Shown in pieces: positions 44,702 through 56,164 of a stretch of DNA of 64,000 nucleotides; the stretch's first letter is position 1; each line of letters starts with the position of its first letter. The notes under the pieces are model-generated. The model was not told the origin of the DNA, did not search any database, and saw only the letters and a list, made by a program, of their open reading frames with translations. Source of the DNA: an uncultured Candidatus Rokubacteria bacterium (GTDB taxonomy: Bacteria; Methylomirabilota; Methylomirabilia; Rokubacteriales; CSP1-6). The stretch lies in the NCBI GenBank assembly GCA_963758635.1, contig CAVWWD010000005.1, positions 576,001 through 640,000 on the forward strand, given 5' to 3'. The position numbers and the translations under genes were made by a program.

Positions 44702-45253
44702 CTAGACCGTGGGGAGCACTATCCCCTGCTGTGCCTGGTACTTCCCCTTGCGGTCGGCGTACGAGACCTCGCACGCCTCGTCTGACTCGAAGAATAGCAC
44801 CTGCGCAATGCCCTCGTTGGCGTAGATTTTCGCGGGCAGCGGCGTGGTGTTGGACACCTCGAGCGTCACGAACCCCTCCCACTCCGGCTCGAACGGCGTG
44901 ACGTTCGTGATGATGCCGCACCGCGCATACGTCGATTTCCCTACACACAGTGTGATCACGTTGCGCGGGATCTTGAAGTACTCGACGGAGCGGCCGAGCG
45001 CGAACGAGTTGGGCGGGATGATGCAGACCGCGCCCTGGAAGTCCACGAAGGAGCGCGGGTCGAAGGCCTTCGGATCGACGATCGTGTTGTTGATGTTGGT
45101 GAAGATCTTGAACTCGTCGGAGATCCGGAGGTCGTAGCCGTACGAGGAGACGCCGAAGGAGATGCCGCCCTGCCGGACCTGGCGCTCCTCGAACGGCTTG
45201 ATCATGCCGTGCTCGAGCGCCATCCGCTTGATCCAGCGATCGCTCTTGACCAC
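44702..45253 (-). CDS. dcd: dCTP deaminase
   Basis: [28 protein letters not shown] and YANEG. Confidence 0.96.
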   Translation of the reverse strand: MVKSDRWIKRMALEHGMIKPFEERQVRQGGISFGVSSYGYDLRISDEFKIFTNINNTIVDPKAFDPRSFVDFQGAVCIIPPNSFALGRSVEYFKIPRNVITLCVGKSTYARCGIITNVTPFEPEWEGFVTLEVSNTTPLPAKIYANEGIAQVLFFESDEACEVSYADRKGKYQAQQGIVLPTV

Positions 45254-45356
45254 CGTGCGGCCATGGTACTCGTGGCCGCGGCGACGGGTCAAGCCCGCCG
45301 ATGGGAAAACGGCGGTCACGGCGGCCCCGTCGAGCCGCCGTGACGCCCGGGACGCG

Positions 45357-46016
45357 CTACTTCGGCTGCGGGACGATGCGGATGTAGGGCTTCGGCGACT
45401 TCCAGCCCGCCGGGTACGTCTGCTTGGCCTCGTCGTCCGAGACCGCCGGCACGATGATCACGTCGCCGCCCTGCTTCCAGTTCACCGGGGTCGCCACCTT
45501 GTGCTTGGCGGTGAGCTGGCAGGAGTCGAGGAGCCGCAGCACCTCGTCGAAGTTGCGGCCGGTGCTCATCGGATACGTGAGCATCGCCTTGACCTTCTTG
45601 TCCGGCCCGATGAGGAAGACCGAGCGGACGGTGGCGTTGTCGGCGGCGGTGCGACCCTGCGACGAGGCGCCCGCGCCTTCCGGCAGCATGTCGTACGCCT
45701 TCGCCACGCTCAGGTCGGGATCGCCGATCATCGGATAGGTCACGGCGTGCCCCTGCGTCTCCTCGATGTCCTTGGACCACTTCTGGTGGTCGGCCACCGG
45801 GTCCACGCTGAGGCCGATGATCTTGCAGTTGCGCTTGTCGAATTCCGGCTTGAGCCCGGCCATGTAGCCGAGCTCCGTGGTGCACACCGGCGTGAAGTCC
45901 TTCGGGTGCGAGAAGAGGATGGCCCACCCGCTGCCGATCCAGTCGTGGAAGGTGATCTTCCCCTGCGTGGTATCCGCCGTGAAGTTGGGAGCCTCGCTGT
46001 TGATCCTCAGAGCCAT
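45357..46016 (-). CDS. 1-Cys peroxiredoxin (Prx6 type)
   Basis: [21 protein letters not shown] and ATPVNW. Confidence 0.96.
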   Translation of the reverse strand: MALRINSEAPNFTADTTQGKITFHDWIGSGWAILFSHPKDFTPVCTTELGYMAGLKPEFDKRNCKIIGLSVDPVADHQKWSKDIEETQGHAVTYPMIGDPDLSVAKAYDMLPEGAGASSQGRTAADNATVRSVFLIGPDKKVKAMLTYPMSTGRNFDEVLRLLDSCQLTAKHKVATPVNWKQGGDVIIVPAVSDDEAKQTYPAGWKSPKPYIRIVPQPK

Positions 46017-46192
46017 GATCCACCTCCGCGTCCGTGACGCATCATCAGAATGGCCGGCGTCCCGGGATGGGACGGCCGGAAACGGGGGCGCCTCCCCTGG
46101 CCCGCCCGCGGCGGCCGGGCGCCCGCCTCGACTGCCTCCCGCTGAACCGCGGGAGGAGCGCTTTCAGTGATACTCCCGGCCGCCCACGAGAG

Positions 46193-46485
46193 TCAAACGC
46201 CGACCCGGTATCGCCTGACCAGCGCCTCGTCGAGGACGAGCCCGAAGCCCGGCCCGACGGACGTCCATCAGACCGTCCTTGATCGGCGGACGGTTCGCCC
46301 ACAGCGTCTGCCACGTCCTCGCGGTTGTCCCCGTTGTAGACCTCGCTCACGCGACCGGCGTCGGTGCGCATCCGCGTGATGACGGCGGACCGCTTCAGGA
46401 CGGCGTACGTGCTCCCGCCGAAGTTCCGGGTCAGCGGGATGTCGACGGCGATCGCCTCGACGCCCTCGATGCGCACCGGCGTCAC
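46193..46485 (-). pseudogene. internally deleted mandelate racemase/muconate lactonizing enzyme gene
   Basis: N-terminal RIEGVEAI.V.IPL...TDAG fused directly to C-terminal PPIKDG..PGFGLVLDEALVRRY*. Confidence 0.7.
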
Positions 46486-47291
46486 CGCCCCTTGAAGGCC
46501 GGCTTCCGCTTCTCCACGAAGGCCTTCGCCGACTCCTGGAAGTCCTCGGTGAGGTGCAGGCCCAGGCCCTGGGTGTAGAGCTTCGACTGGCGCTGCATCT
46601 CCTGGGCGAACCATCGCATCACCCGGACGTTGGCGCGGACGGCGAGCGGCGGGTTCTCGATGATCTGCGCGGCGAGGGCCTCGGCGGCCGGGATCAGCTC
46701 ATCCTGGGGCACCACCCGGTTCACCATCCCGTGCTGGAGCGCCTCCTCGGCGGTGAACATGCGGCCGGTCAGCGCGATCTCGTTGGCGAAGCGGCTGCCC
46801 GTCCAGAACCAGGTCACCACCCAGTGCTGCGCGCCGCCGAGCCCGCGCTGCACCTCCCGGATCTGGAACCTGGTGCCCGCGGCGGCCACGACGAGGTCGC
46901 ACGACTGCGTCAGCATGTAGCCGAGGCCCAGCGCGTAGCCGTGGACGGCGGCGATCACCGGCTTCCAGTTCACGGTCTCCCCGAGGCCGTTGTCCCGCGA
47001 CCGCCGGCCCGCCGGGCCGCCGAGCCGGCGCAGCTCCTCGCGCGTGCGGAGCTGCCGCTGCTTCACGTCCGCGCCCGAGCAGAACGCGCGGCCGGCGCCG
47101 GAGATGATCGCGACGTGGAGCGCGGGGTCGGCGTCGAACTCGAACAGCGCGTCGTTCACGTCCTCCACGAGCTGGTCGCTCGCCGCGTTGAGCTTCTCGG
47201 GGCGGTTCAGCACGATGTGACAGATCGGGCCGGCGGTCCGGTAGAGCACGTTCTCGAAGGTCGGGGCGCCGGCGCGGTCGGAACTCGGCAT
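46482..47291 (-). CDS. enoyl-CoA hydratase/isomerase family protein
   Basis: LNRPEKLNA, AFCSGAD, KPVIAAVHGYALG and AF.EKRKP.FKG. Confidence 0.93.
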   Translation of the reverse strand: MPSSDRAGAPTFENVLYRTAGPICHIVLNRPEKLNAASDQLVEDVNDALFEFDADPALHVAIISGAGRAFCSGADVKQRQLRTREELRRLGGPAGRRSRDNGLGETVNWKPVIAAVHGYALGLGYMLTQSCDLVVAAAGTRFQIREVQRGLGGAQHWVVTWFWTGSRFANEIALTGRMFTAEEALQHGMVNRVVPQDELIPAAEALAAQIIENPPLAVRANVRVMRWFAQEMQRQSKLYTQGLGLHLTEDFQESAKAFVEKRKPAFKGR

Positions 47292-47355
47292 GGCGGTATC
47301 TCCTCTTCTACAACGGTGAGTTTCTGAATGGGAAGGCGCGGCGACAGCTCGACGG

Positions 47356-48273
47356 TCACCCGCGTGCAGGCTCGTCGAGCGCCTCGGCGATCGTGCCCGC
47401 GGCGTCCACCGAGAGGACCAGCGCGCGGCCGGGCTGACCGGCACGCCGGAGCGCGTCCTCCATCGCCTGCGCGACCGTGGCCCCGGGCTCCCGCGTCACG
47501 GCCAGGAGCGACGGCCCCGCCCCGGACAGCGCGCAGGCGATCGCCCCCGCGCGCACGGCGGCGGGAATCACGTCGACGAGCCATGGGAAGAGCTTGAAGC
47601 GGTACGGCTGGTGGAGCCGGTCGTCCATGGCCACGCCGAGGAGGTCCGCGCGTCCGGCAGCGAGCGAGGCGAGGAGCAGGCTGACGCGCTGGAGGTTGAA
47701 CACCGCGTCGGCCCGCGCGTAGCTGTCGGGCAGCGCGGCGCGCGCCTCGGCCGTCGAGCCCTCGGCGTCGGGCACGAGCACCACCCAGGCGAGCCCGGCG
47801 GGCACCGGCACCGTCGCCGCCGCGACCTCGGTGCCGGTCCAGCAGGACACGGTGAGCCCGCCGAGGAGCGTGGCGGTGACGTTGTCGGGATGACCTTCCG
47901 CGGTGGCGGCGAGACGGAGCACGGTCGCCCGGTCGAGCGGCGAGCCGAGCAGCGCGTTGCCGCCGGCGATCCCCGCCACCCACGCCGCCGCGCTCGATCC
48001 GAGCCCGCGGCTGGTCGGGATCCGGTTCACGCACGAGAGGCGGAGGCCGCGGAAGGGGCGTCCCGCCGCCTCGTACGCCATGCGCGCGCCGCGCGCCACG
48101 ACGTTGTCGGCGCCGGTGTCGAGGCGTCCCGCGCCTTCGCCCTCGATGGCGACGGACACGCCGGGGGCCTCCTCGAGCGTCACCTCGTTGTGAAGCGACA
48201 ACGCGAGGCCGAGCACGTCGAATCCCGGTCCGAGGTTCGCGGAGGTCGCGGGCACCCGCACACGCACGCGCAT
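47356..48273 (-). CDS. thrB: homoserine kinase
   Basis: PATSANLGPGFD, P..RGLGSSA, EGHPDN and SGAGPS. Confidence 0.97.
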   Translation of the reverse strand: MRVRVRVPATSANLGPGFDVLGLALSLHNEVTLEEAPGVSVAIEGEGAGRLDTGADNVVARGARMAYEAAGRPFRGLRLSCVNRIPTSRGLGSSAAAWVAGIAGGNALLGSPLDRATVLRLAATAEGHPDNVTATLLGGLTVSCWTGTEVAAATVPVPAGLAWVVLVPDAEGSTAEARAALPDSYARADAVFNLQRVSLLLASLAAGRADLLGVAMDDRLHQPYRFKLFPWLVDVIPAAVRAGAIACALSGAGPSLLAVTREPGATVAQAMEDALRRAGQPGRALVLSVDAAGTIAEALDEPARG

Positions 48274-48288
48274 GCGGCAGAGACTACC

Positions 48289-49026
48289 TTACAGGCGCTT
48301 GAGCAGCCAGTCCGGCGTGAGGCTGATGGCCCACGAGTTGAGGACGACGTAGTAGTTGCTCGCCACGAGCGCGCCCACGGCCACGAGGAGCACACCGGCG
48401 ACACGCTCGACGGTGGGGATGAACGGGCGATAGCCCTTGAAGAACCGGAGGAACCGCCCGAGGGCCAGCGAGAAGAGGAGGAACGGGACCCCGAGCCCGG
48501 CCGAGTACGCGAGCAGCAGGGCCACGCCCTGCTGCACCGTCCGGTCGTTGCCGGCGAGGGTGAGGATCGAGCCCAGCACGGGCCCGACGCACGGCGTCCA
48601 CCCGATGGCGAACGTCAGGCCCACCGCGAACGAGCCCAGGAACCCGGCCGGCTTGTTCTTGAGCGAGACCTGGGCGTAGCGGCCGAACACGCCGATGCGC
48701 AGCACGCCCGCGATGTACAGCCCGAAGACCACGATGAGGAGCCCGCCGCCGATGCGGATCGCGTCCCGGTAGTCGAAGAAGAACTGCCCGGCCGCGCTGA
48801 ACGAAGCGCCAAGGCTCACGAACACGACGGTGAAGCCGGCCACGAACGCGGCGGAGTGACCGAGCACGCGCGACCGCTCGGATGCGTCCGCGTCGGCGGT
48901 GAGCCGGTCCACGGACATGCCGGTGATGAACGAGAGATAGGAGGGAAACAGGGGCAGCACGCACGGCGAGAGGAACGAGAACAGTCCCGCGGAGAACGCC
49001 ACCAGTACCCCGAGCGACTCGCTCAT
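48289..49026 (-). CDS. ccdA: cytochrome c biogenesis protein CcdA
   Basis: SFLSPCVLPL.P and GWTPCVGP.L; multiple TM helices. Confidence 0.93.
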   Translation of the reverse strand: MSESLGVLVAFSAGLFSFLSPCVLPLFPSYLSFITGMSVDRLTADADASERSRVLGHSAAFVAGFTVVFVSLGASFSAAGQFFFDYRDAIRIGGGLLIVVFGLYIAGVLRIGVFGRYAQVSLKNKPAGFLGSFAVGLTFAIGWTPCVGPVLGSILTLAGNDRTVQQGVALLLAYSAGLGVPFLLFSLALGRFLRFFKGYRPFIPTVERVAGVLLVAVGALVASNYYVVLNSWAISLTPDWLLKRL

Positions 49027-49054
49027 GACCGGAGACGGCTCACGTGAGGAGGGC

Positions 49055-49595
49055 TCACTTGAGGAGCGCGCCGAAGAGGGCGGCCGCGCCGGGGCCGTCC
49101 CACTCGCGCGGGCCGTTCGCGGCGAGGACGCGCCGGCCGGAGCGGTCGATGATGACGCTGGTGGGAAGGGCCCACACGCCCCACGCGCCGCTCACCGTCA
49201 GGCGCGGGTCGAGCCCGACGGGGAACGTGAGCTTGTGCCGCGCCACGAATGGACGCACCACCGATGCGCCGTCCGCGTCGAGCGACACCGCGAGCACGAC
49301 CAGGCCCTGCGATTTGAACCGCTGGTACAGGCGCTCGAGCCCGGGCATCTCCTCCTCGCAGGGCTTGCACCACGTGGCCCAGAAGTTGAGGAAGACGACC
49401 TTGCCCTTGAAGTCCGACACGCGGAGCGTGGCGTCGTCCGCGGTGCCGACCGGGACGTCTCGGCGTCGGCCGCGCCGAGGCGGGCCGCGTGAGGCCGAGC
49501 GCCTTGGCCGGATCGCCCCCCGCGCTCGCCGCCGGGCTCGGCGCGGCCGTCCCGAGGGCGAGCGGCACGATCAGGAGGCCGGCGGGCCATCGCAT
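49055..49595 (-). CDS. TlpA/ResA-family thioredoxin (frameshift near 49460)
   Basis: Signal peptide in frame 49023-49595; NFWATWCKPC..EMP in frame 49055-49420. Confidence 0.85.
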
Positions 49596-49660
49596 GGCGG
49601 CAGTATACAGATGCGCCCCACGCGAGGCGACGCCGCCGCCTGTGGTAGGGTCGAAACGCC

Positions 49661-50350
49661 ATGAGCCGCCTATACAACGTCATCACCTTCGACTGCTACG
49701 GCACCCTGATCGACTGGGAGGCGGGCATCGCCTCGGCGTTCGCCGCGGCCACGCGCCGGTCGCGACCCGTCGACGTGCGGGCCGCGGTCGCGCTCCACGC
49801 CGAGATCGAGCCCGTGGTGGAGGCCGAGGCGTTCCGCGGCTACCGGGAGGTCCTCACCGAGACGGCACGGCGGGTCGCCGCCCGCCTCGACTGGCCCCTG
49901 CCGGACGGGAACGCCGGGTTCCTGGCCGAGAGCTTGCCGGCCTGGCTGCCGTTCCCCGACACGAACCGCGCGCTCCGTCGGATCGCCGGCGCCGGCTACC
50001 GCCTCGGTATCCTCTCCAACGTGGACGACGGCCTTCTCGTCTGGAGCCGCCGGCACCTCGGCGCGTTCTTCGAGATCGTGGTCACCGCCGAGCAGGTGCG
50101 CTCCTACAAGCCGGCGCCCGGTCATTTCATCGAGGCAAAGACGCGCATCGGTGGCGCCACCTGGCTCCACGTCGCCCAGAGCTACTTCCACGACGTGGTC
50201 CCCGCTCACGCGCTCGGCGTTCCCGTCGCCTGGATCAACCGGAAGAAGCAGCCTCGGGCGGGCGCCGCGCGGCCCGATCGCGAGTTCACCGACCTGCAGG
50301 GCCTCGCCGACTGGCTGACCGAATCCCAGGACGCGCGCTTGACTGCATAG
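49661..50350 (+). CDS. HAD-superfamily hydrolase (haloacid dehalogenase-like)
   Basis: TFDCYGTLIDWE, LSN.D, SYKP and HVAQS.FHD. Confidence 0.92.
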   Translation: MSRLYNVITFDCYGTLIDWEAGIASAFAAATRRSRPVDVRAAVALHAEIEPVVEAEAFRGYREVLTETARRVAARLDWPLPDGNAGFLAESLPAWLPFPDTNRALRRIAGAGYRLGILSNVDDGLLVWSRRHLGAFFEIVVTAEQVRSYKPAPGHFIEAKTRIGGATWLHVAQSYFHDVVPAHALGVPVAWINRKKQPRAGAARPDREFTDLQGLADWLTESQDARLTA

Positions 50351-50422
50351 CAGTAGGCGCATATCTAGTGGACACCGGCGCCGGCCGGGCGTCGATTCCA
50401 CGCCATCGCTGGGAGGGTCACG

Positions 50423-52217
50423 ATGGATGAGCATGCGCTTCGCGAGCTGATCTCCGAGGTGAGGACCGGACGGCTGGGACGCCGCCGGTTCGTGCAGACC
50501 ATGGTGGGCCTGGGCCTCACCGCGCCGATGGCGACCCAGCTGCTCGCCGGCGCGGGCCAAGCGCACGCCCAGCCGTCGAGGACGGCCGGGTTCAGCCCGA
50601 CGCGGCGCGGCGGGGGCGGGCCGCTCCGCCTCCTCTGGTGGCAGGCGCCGACCCTGCTGAACCCGCACTTCGGAACAGGCACCAAGGACCTGGACGCCTC
50701 GCGCATCTTCCACGAGCCCCTCGCCGCCCATGACCCCGACGGCAACCCCATCGCCGTGCTCGCCGCCGAGGTGCCGAGCGTCGCCAACGGGGGGCTCGAC
50801 CGGAACGGGATGTGGGTGATCTGGAACCTCAAGAAGGGCGTGCAATGGCACGACGGCAAGCCCTTCACCGCCGATGACGTCGTGTTCAACTGGGAGTTCG
50901 CCGCCGACCCCGCCAGCGCCAGCGTGTGGCTCGGGGCCACGCGCGAGATCGCCCGCGTCGACAAGCTGTCGGACGTCTGCGGTCAAGGTCGCGTTCAAGC
51001 AGCCAACGCCGTTCTGGCACTACGCCTTCTGCGGGAACTTCCAGATGATTCCCAAGCACCTGTTCGAGGCGTACCGGGGCGGCAAGTCGCGCGAGGCCCC
51101 CGCGAACACGCGGCCGGTGGGCACCGGCCCCTACCGCTTCGTCGACTTCAAGCCCGGAGACATGATCCGGGCCGAGATCAACCCCGCCTACCACGTGCCC
51201 AACCGCCCGTTCTTCGACACGCTGGAGATGAAGGGCGGCGGGGACGCCGTGTCGGCGGCGCGCGCCGTGCTCCAGACGGGCGAGTACGACTACGCGTGGA
51301 ACATGCAGGTGGAGGACGAGGTGCTCCGCCGCCTGGAGCAGGGGGGAAAGGGCCGCGTGGAGCTCTGGGCGACCGGAGGGATCGAGCACATCCAGTGCAA
51401 CTTCACCGATCCGTGGAAGGAGGTGGATGGCGAGCGGTCCAGCGTCAAGACGACCCACCCCTTCCTCGCCGATCCCGCCGTCCGCCAGGCCCTGAACCTG
51501 CTCGTGGACCGCGCGGCGGTCCAGGAGCAGATCTACGGTCGCCAGGGGCAGACCACGGCCAACTACCTCAACGCGCCCTCGGTCTACAGCTCGAGGAACA
51601 CGCGATGGGAGTTCAACGTCGACCGGGCCAGCCAGATCCTCGAGGCCGCGGGCTGGAAGCGAGGCGCCGACGGAGTCCGGGCCAAGGACGGCAGGAAGCT
51701 CAAGATGGTGTTCCAGACCTCCATCAACGCGCCGAGGCAGAAGACGCAGCAGATCGTGAAGCAGGCGGCGACCAAAGCCGGCATCGACCTGGAACTGAAG
51801 TCGGTGGTCGCCTCCGTCTTCTTCGCCTCCGACCCGGCCAACCCTGACACCTACTCGCACTTCTCCACGGACCTGCAGATGTACAACGCCGGCACCGGTG
51901 TCGACCCCCAGTCCGGCATGCGAAAGTTCACGTCGTGGGAGGTCTCGCAGAAGGACAACAAGTGGGCGGGGCGCAACATCACGCCGCTGGCGCAGCGAGG
52001 AGTACGACCGGCTGTACCGGGCCGCCGAGACCGAGATGGACCCGGTGAAGCGCGCCGCTCATGTTCATCCGGATGAACGATCTGCTCATCGCAGAACGTC
52101 GTGGTGATCCCCGTCCTCTGGCGAAACGGCGTCGGCGCCGCCACGGGCCGGCTGCGCTTCGACCCGTCAGGATGGGACTCGACGCTCTGGCGACTCGCGT
52201 ACTGGCACAAGGCCTGA
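50423..52217 (+). CDS. peptide/nickel ABC substrate-binding protein 1 (Tat signal; several frameshifts)
   Basis: GRRRFV Tat-like signal, W.DGKPFTADDV.F and PVGTGPY; colinear with the next gene. Confidence 0.85.
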
Positions 52218-52302
52218 GACGACGACCCCAGAACCGCGGGACCTGGCGCCCGGTGCCGGGGGCACGCCCGAGCGTCCACGCCCCGGAAACCCGCGCCATG
52301 TC

Positions 52303-52331
52303 TTGACAGTTTGTTCCTCGAAGTCTATAAG
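52303..52331 (+). promoter_or_regulatory. sigma70-type promoter
   Basis: TTGACA-N17-TATAAG. Confidence 0.65.
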
Positions 52332-52388
52332 TGACCATCCGGCGTCAGGGCTCCGCATCGTGACGCCAACTCCCCAGGAGGCTCCTGC

Positions 52389-54186
52389 ATGGAAGAACGC
52401 GAAATCAGGACCCTGATCGATCACGTCAAGGCCGGCCGGCTGGGCCGGCGGCGATTCGTTCAGATGATGGTGGGGCTGGGACTCACCGCCCCGATGGCCA
52501 GCCAGATCCTCGCGAGCGCCGGCGTCGCCCAGGCGCAGACCCGGTCGACCTTCAACCCGACCAAGCGGGGCGGCGGTGGGGCGCTCAAGGTGCTCTGGTG
52601 GCAGGCCGCCACGCTGCTCAATCCCCACTTCGCGGTGGGCACCAAGGACCAGGACGGCTCGCGCATCTTCTACGAGCCGCTCGCCGCCTTCGATCCGGAC
52701 GGCAACCTCGTCCCGATCCTCGCCGCGGAGATCCCGAGCGCGGCCAACGGCGGCGTGGCGCGGGACGGCAAGTCCGTCACCTGGAAGCTCAAGCGCGGCG
52801 TCCAGTGGCACGACGGCAAGCCCTTCACCGCCGACGACGTCGTCTTCAACTGGGAGTACGCGGTGGATCCCGCCACCGCGGCGACCACGATCGGCACCTT
52901 CAGCGATGTCGAGCGCGTCGAGAAGGTGGACTCCCACACCGCCCGTGTCGTCTTCAAGCGGCCGGTGTCGTTCTGGGCTGAGCCGCTCACCGGCTCGACC
53001 GGGCAGGTCATCCCGAAACACCTCTTTGAAGGCTTCAAGGGCGGCAAGTCGCGCGAGGCGCCCACCAACCTCAAGCCGGTCGGCACCGGTCCGTACCGGT
53101 TCATCGATTTCAAGCCCGGCGACTCCATCCGGGCTGAGATCAACCCGAACTACCACGTGCCCAACCGGCCGTTCTTCGACACGCTCGAAATGAAGGGCGG
53201 CGGCGACTCGGTTTCCGCGACGCGTGCCGTCATCCAGACCGGCGAGTACGACTTCTGCTGGAACGTGCAGGTCGAGGACGAGATCCTCAAGCGGATGGAG
53301 CAGGGCGGCAAGGGGAGGATCGACATCGCCGAGGCCGGCAACATCGAGCACATCCAGGCCAACTTCACCGACCCGTGGAAGGAGGTGGACGGCGAGCGGT
53401 CGAGCCTGAAGACCACCCACCCGACGCTGTCCGATCCCGCGGTGCGACAGGCCCTCGGCCTCCTCGTGGACCGCGCGTCGATCCACGAGCAGATCTACGG
53501 GCGGCTCGGGCGGACGAGCGCCAACTTCCTGAACGCGCCCTCCCGCTTCTACTCGAAGAACACCAAGTGGGAGTTCAACGTCGACAAGGCTAACCAGATC
53601 CTGGACGCGGCGGGCTGGAAGCGCGGGGCCGACGGCATCCGCGCCAAGGACGGGCAGAAGCTCAAGTTCGTCTACCAGAGCTCGATCAACCAGCCGCGAC
53701 AGAAGACCCAGGCCATCGTCAAGCAGGCCGCCCAGAAGGCGGGCATCGACATCGAGATCAAGTCGGTGGTGGCCTCGCGTATTCTTTTCGTCCGACGTGG
53801 CCAATCCCGACACGTACACGAAGTTCTACACGGACATTCAGATGTACACGACGACCATGGGACGGCCCGATCCCGGCGTGTTCATGAACCAGTTCACCGC
53901 CGCCGAGATCGCTTCCAAGGACAACAAGTGGCAGGGCCGGAACATCACGCGCTGGAAGAACGACGAGTACGAGCGTGCCTACAAGGCCGCCGACGGCGAG
54001 ATGGACCCGGTCAAGCGTGCGGCCCACTTCATCAAGATGAACGACCTCGTGATCCAAAATGGCGTCGTCATCCCCGTGCTGTGGCGCATGGTGATCTCGG
54101 GCGTGTCCCACAAGCTCAAGAACACCGACATCTCCGGCTGGGACTCGAACTTCTGGAACCTGCGCAACTGGCACCGGGAAGCCTGA
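52389..54186 (+). CDS. peptide/nickel ABC substrate-binding protein 2 (frameshift near 53780)
   Basis: Family 5 SBP motifs; C-terminus in frame 53797-54186. Confidence 0.9.
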
Positions 54187-54234
54187 CGGAGGGACGCTGA
54201 CGAGGGGCCGGGCCGCCCCGGCCCCTCGCGTCAC

Positions 54235-55194
54235 ATGTCCAAGTACATCCTGCGGCAGCTCCTCAACCTGCTCCCGACCCTGCTCGGGATCAGCGTCATC
54301 CTCTTCACCATCCTCGCGCTGGCCCCCGGCGATCCCTTCGAGGAGCTCGCGACCAACCCGAACGTGCCGCCGGAGGTGCGGGCGAACCTGCGCGCGAAGT
54401 TCGGCCTCGACGATCCCCTGCCCATCCGGTACGCGCGCTGGTTCACGTCCATGATCCGCGGGGACTGGGGCTTCTCGTTCGTGAGCCGGGTCAACGTCGA
54501 CACCCTTATCCTGCAGCGCCTGCCCACCACGATCTTCCTCATCGGCTCGGCCCAGATCCTCGCCATCCTGATCGCGCTCCCGGTGGGCGTCTTATCGGCG
54601 GTGCGCCCGTACTCCATCTTCGACCAGATCGCGACCACGTTCGCGTTCGTCGGCTTCTCCCTGCCCACGTTCTTCACCGGGCTGCTCTTCATCCTGTTCT
54701 TCAGCATCTACCTGGACTGGCTGCCCTTCATCTACCGCGCCGACATCGACGCCAAGGGCTTCGCGTGGGCGTGGGCGGTGTTCAAGCAGGCGATCATGCC
54801 GGTGGCGGTGCTCGGGCTCGCCCAGGGCGCGTCGTGGACCCGCTACGTGCGCGCGTCCTGTCTCGAGGTGATCCGCCTCGATTACGTCAACACCGCGCGC
54901 TCGAAGGGCCTGTCCGAGCGGGTCACCATCGTCAAGCACGTGGTGCGCAACGCCCTCATCCCGGTGGTGACGCTGATCGGGCTCCAGATCCCCGCGCTCT
55001 TCGCGGGCGCCGTGGTCACCGAGCAGATCTTCCGCGTCCCGGGCATCGGCTCGCTCCTCATCAGCGCTATCCAGTCGAACGACACGCCGGTGATCATGGG
55101 CGTGGCGTTCGTGACCTCGTGCCTGGTCCTCGTCTTCAACCTGGTCATCGACGTGCTCTACGGCTGGCTCGACCCGCGGATCTCGTACCGCTGA
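54235..55194 (+). CDS. peptide ABC permease (DppB/OppB type)
   Basis: APGDP, GLD.P, YV.TARSKG and RNALIP...DPRI. Confidence 0.94.
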   Translation: MSKYILRQLLNLLPTLLGISVILFTILALAPGDPFEELATNPNVPPEVRANLRAKFGLDDPLPIRYARWFTSMIRGDWGFSFVSRVNVDTLILQRLPTTIFLIGSAQILAILIALPVGVLSAVRPYSIFDQIATTFAFVGFSLPTFFTGLLFILFFSIYLDWLPFIYRADIDAKGFAWAWAVFKQAIMPVAVLGLAQGASWTRYVRASCLEVIRLDYVNTARSKGLSERVTIVKHVVRNALIPVVTLIGLQIPALFAGAVVTEQIFRVPGIGSLLISAIQSNDTPVIMGVAFVTSCLVLVFNLVIDVLYGWLDPRISYR

Positions 55195-56142
55195 TGGCCA
55201 CGCGGACCCTTCCCGGCCAGGTGCTGACCGCGGAGGACGTCGTCGGGCGCTCGCGCGCTCCCGTGTCCTTCTGGGCCGACGCGTGGCGGCGTTTCCGCCG
55301 CCACCGCCTCGCCGCCATGGGCGGGGCGATCCTCGCCGTGATGGTGCTGGCGGTGGTGGCGGGCCCGCTCGTCTACCGCGTGCCCATCAACGAGATCGAC
55401 TTCAAGCACAAGCTCAAGGGGCCGACGTGGCAGCACCCCTTCGGCACCGACGACCTCGGGCAGGATCTGCTCGCGCGCATGCTCTACGGGGGACGCATCT
55501 CGCTCGCGGTGGGCCTGGTCGCCATGCTCATCGCGATCATCGTGGGCACCATCATCGGGGCGGCGGCGGGATACGCGGGAGGGATCGTGGACCACGGCTT
55601 GATGCGCGTGACCGATCTCTTCCTCTCGCTGCCCCAGCTCCCGCTGCTGCTCCTCATCATCTATCTGTTCCGCGACGCCCTGAAGGGCGTCCTCGGCCCC
55701 GAGGCGGGCGTGTTCGTCCTCATCGTCGCCGTCATCGGCGGCTTCCGCTGGATGCCGGTGGCCCGGCTCGTCCGCGCCCAGTTCATGTCGCTGCGCGAGA
55801 AGGAGTTCGTGGAGGCCGCGCGCGGCCTCGGGCGCGCGCCCGATGCGCCAGATCGCCCGGCACATCCTCCCGAACTCGATGGGCCCGGTCATCGTCGCCG
55901 GGACCATCGACGTGGCGGCCTCGATCATCGCGGAGTCCACGCTGTCGTTCCTCGGGCTGGGCTTCCCGCCCGACATCCCCTCCTGGGGCCGGATCCTCTT
56001 CGACGCCAAGGACAACCTCGACTTCGCCCCGCACTGGGCCTTGTTCCCCGGCACCGCCATCTTCCTGACCGTGCTCAGCATCAGCTACCTCGGCGACGGC
56101 CTGCGCGACGCCCTCGACCCGCGCAAGGTCCTCTCGAAGTAG
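55194..56142 (+). CDS. peptide ABC permease (DppC/OppC type; frameshift near 55835)
   Basis: HPFGTD.LG.D, GGRISL, EFVEAAR, HILPN and E..LSFLGLG. Confidence 0.9.
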
Positions 56143-56164
56143 CCCGACGCGGCCGGAGCCCGCG

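Noticed and set aside
46142..46152. CTGAACCGCGG as a second copy of the 14739 palindrome
   Set aside because: Only one half matches and there is no dyad; plausible by chance in GC-rich DNA.
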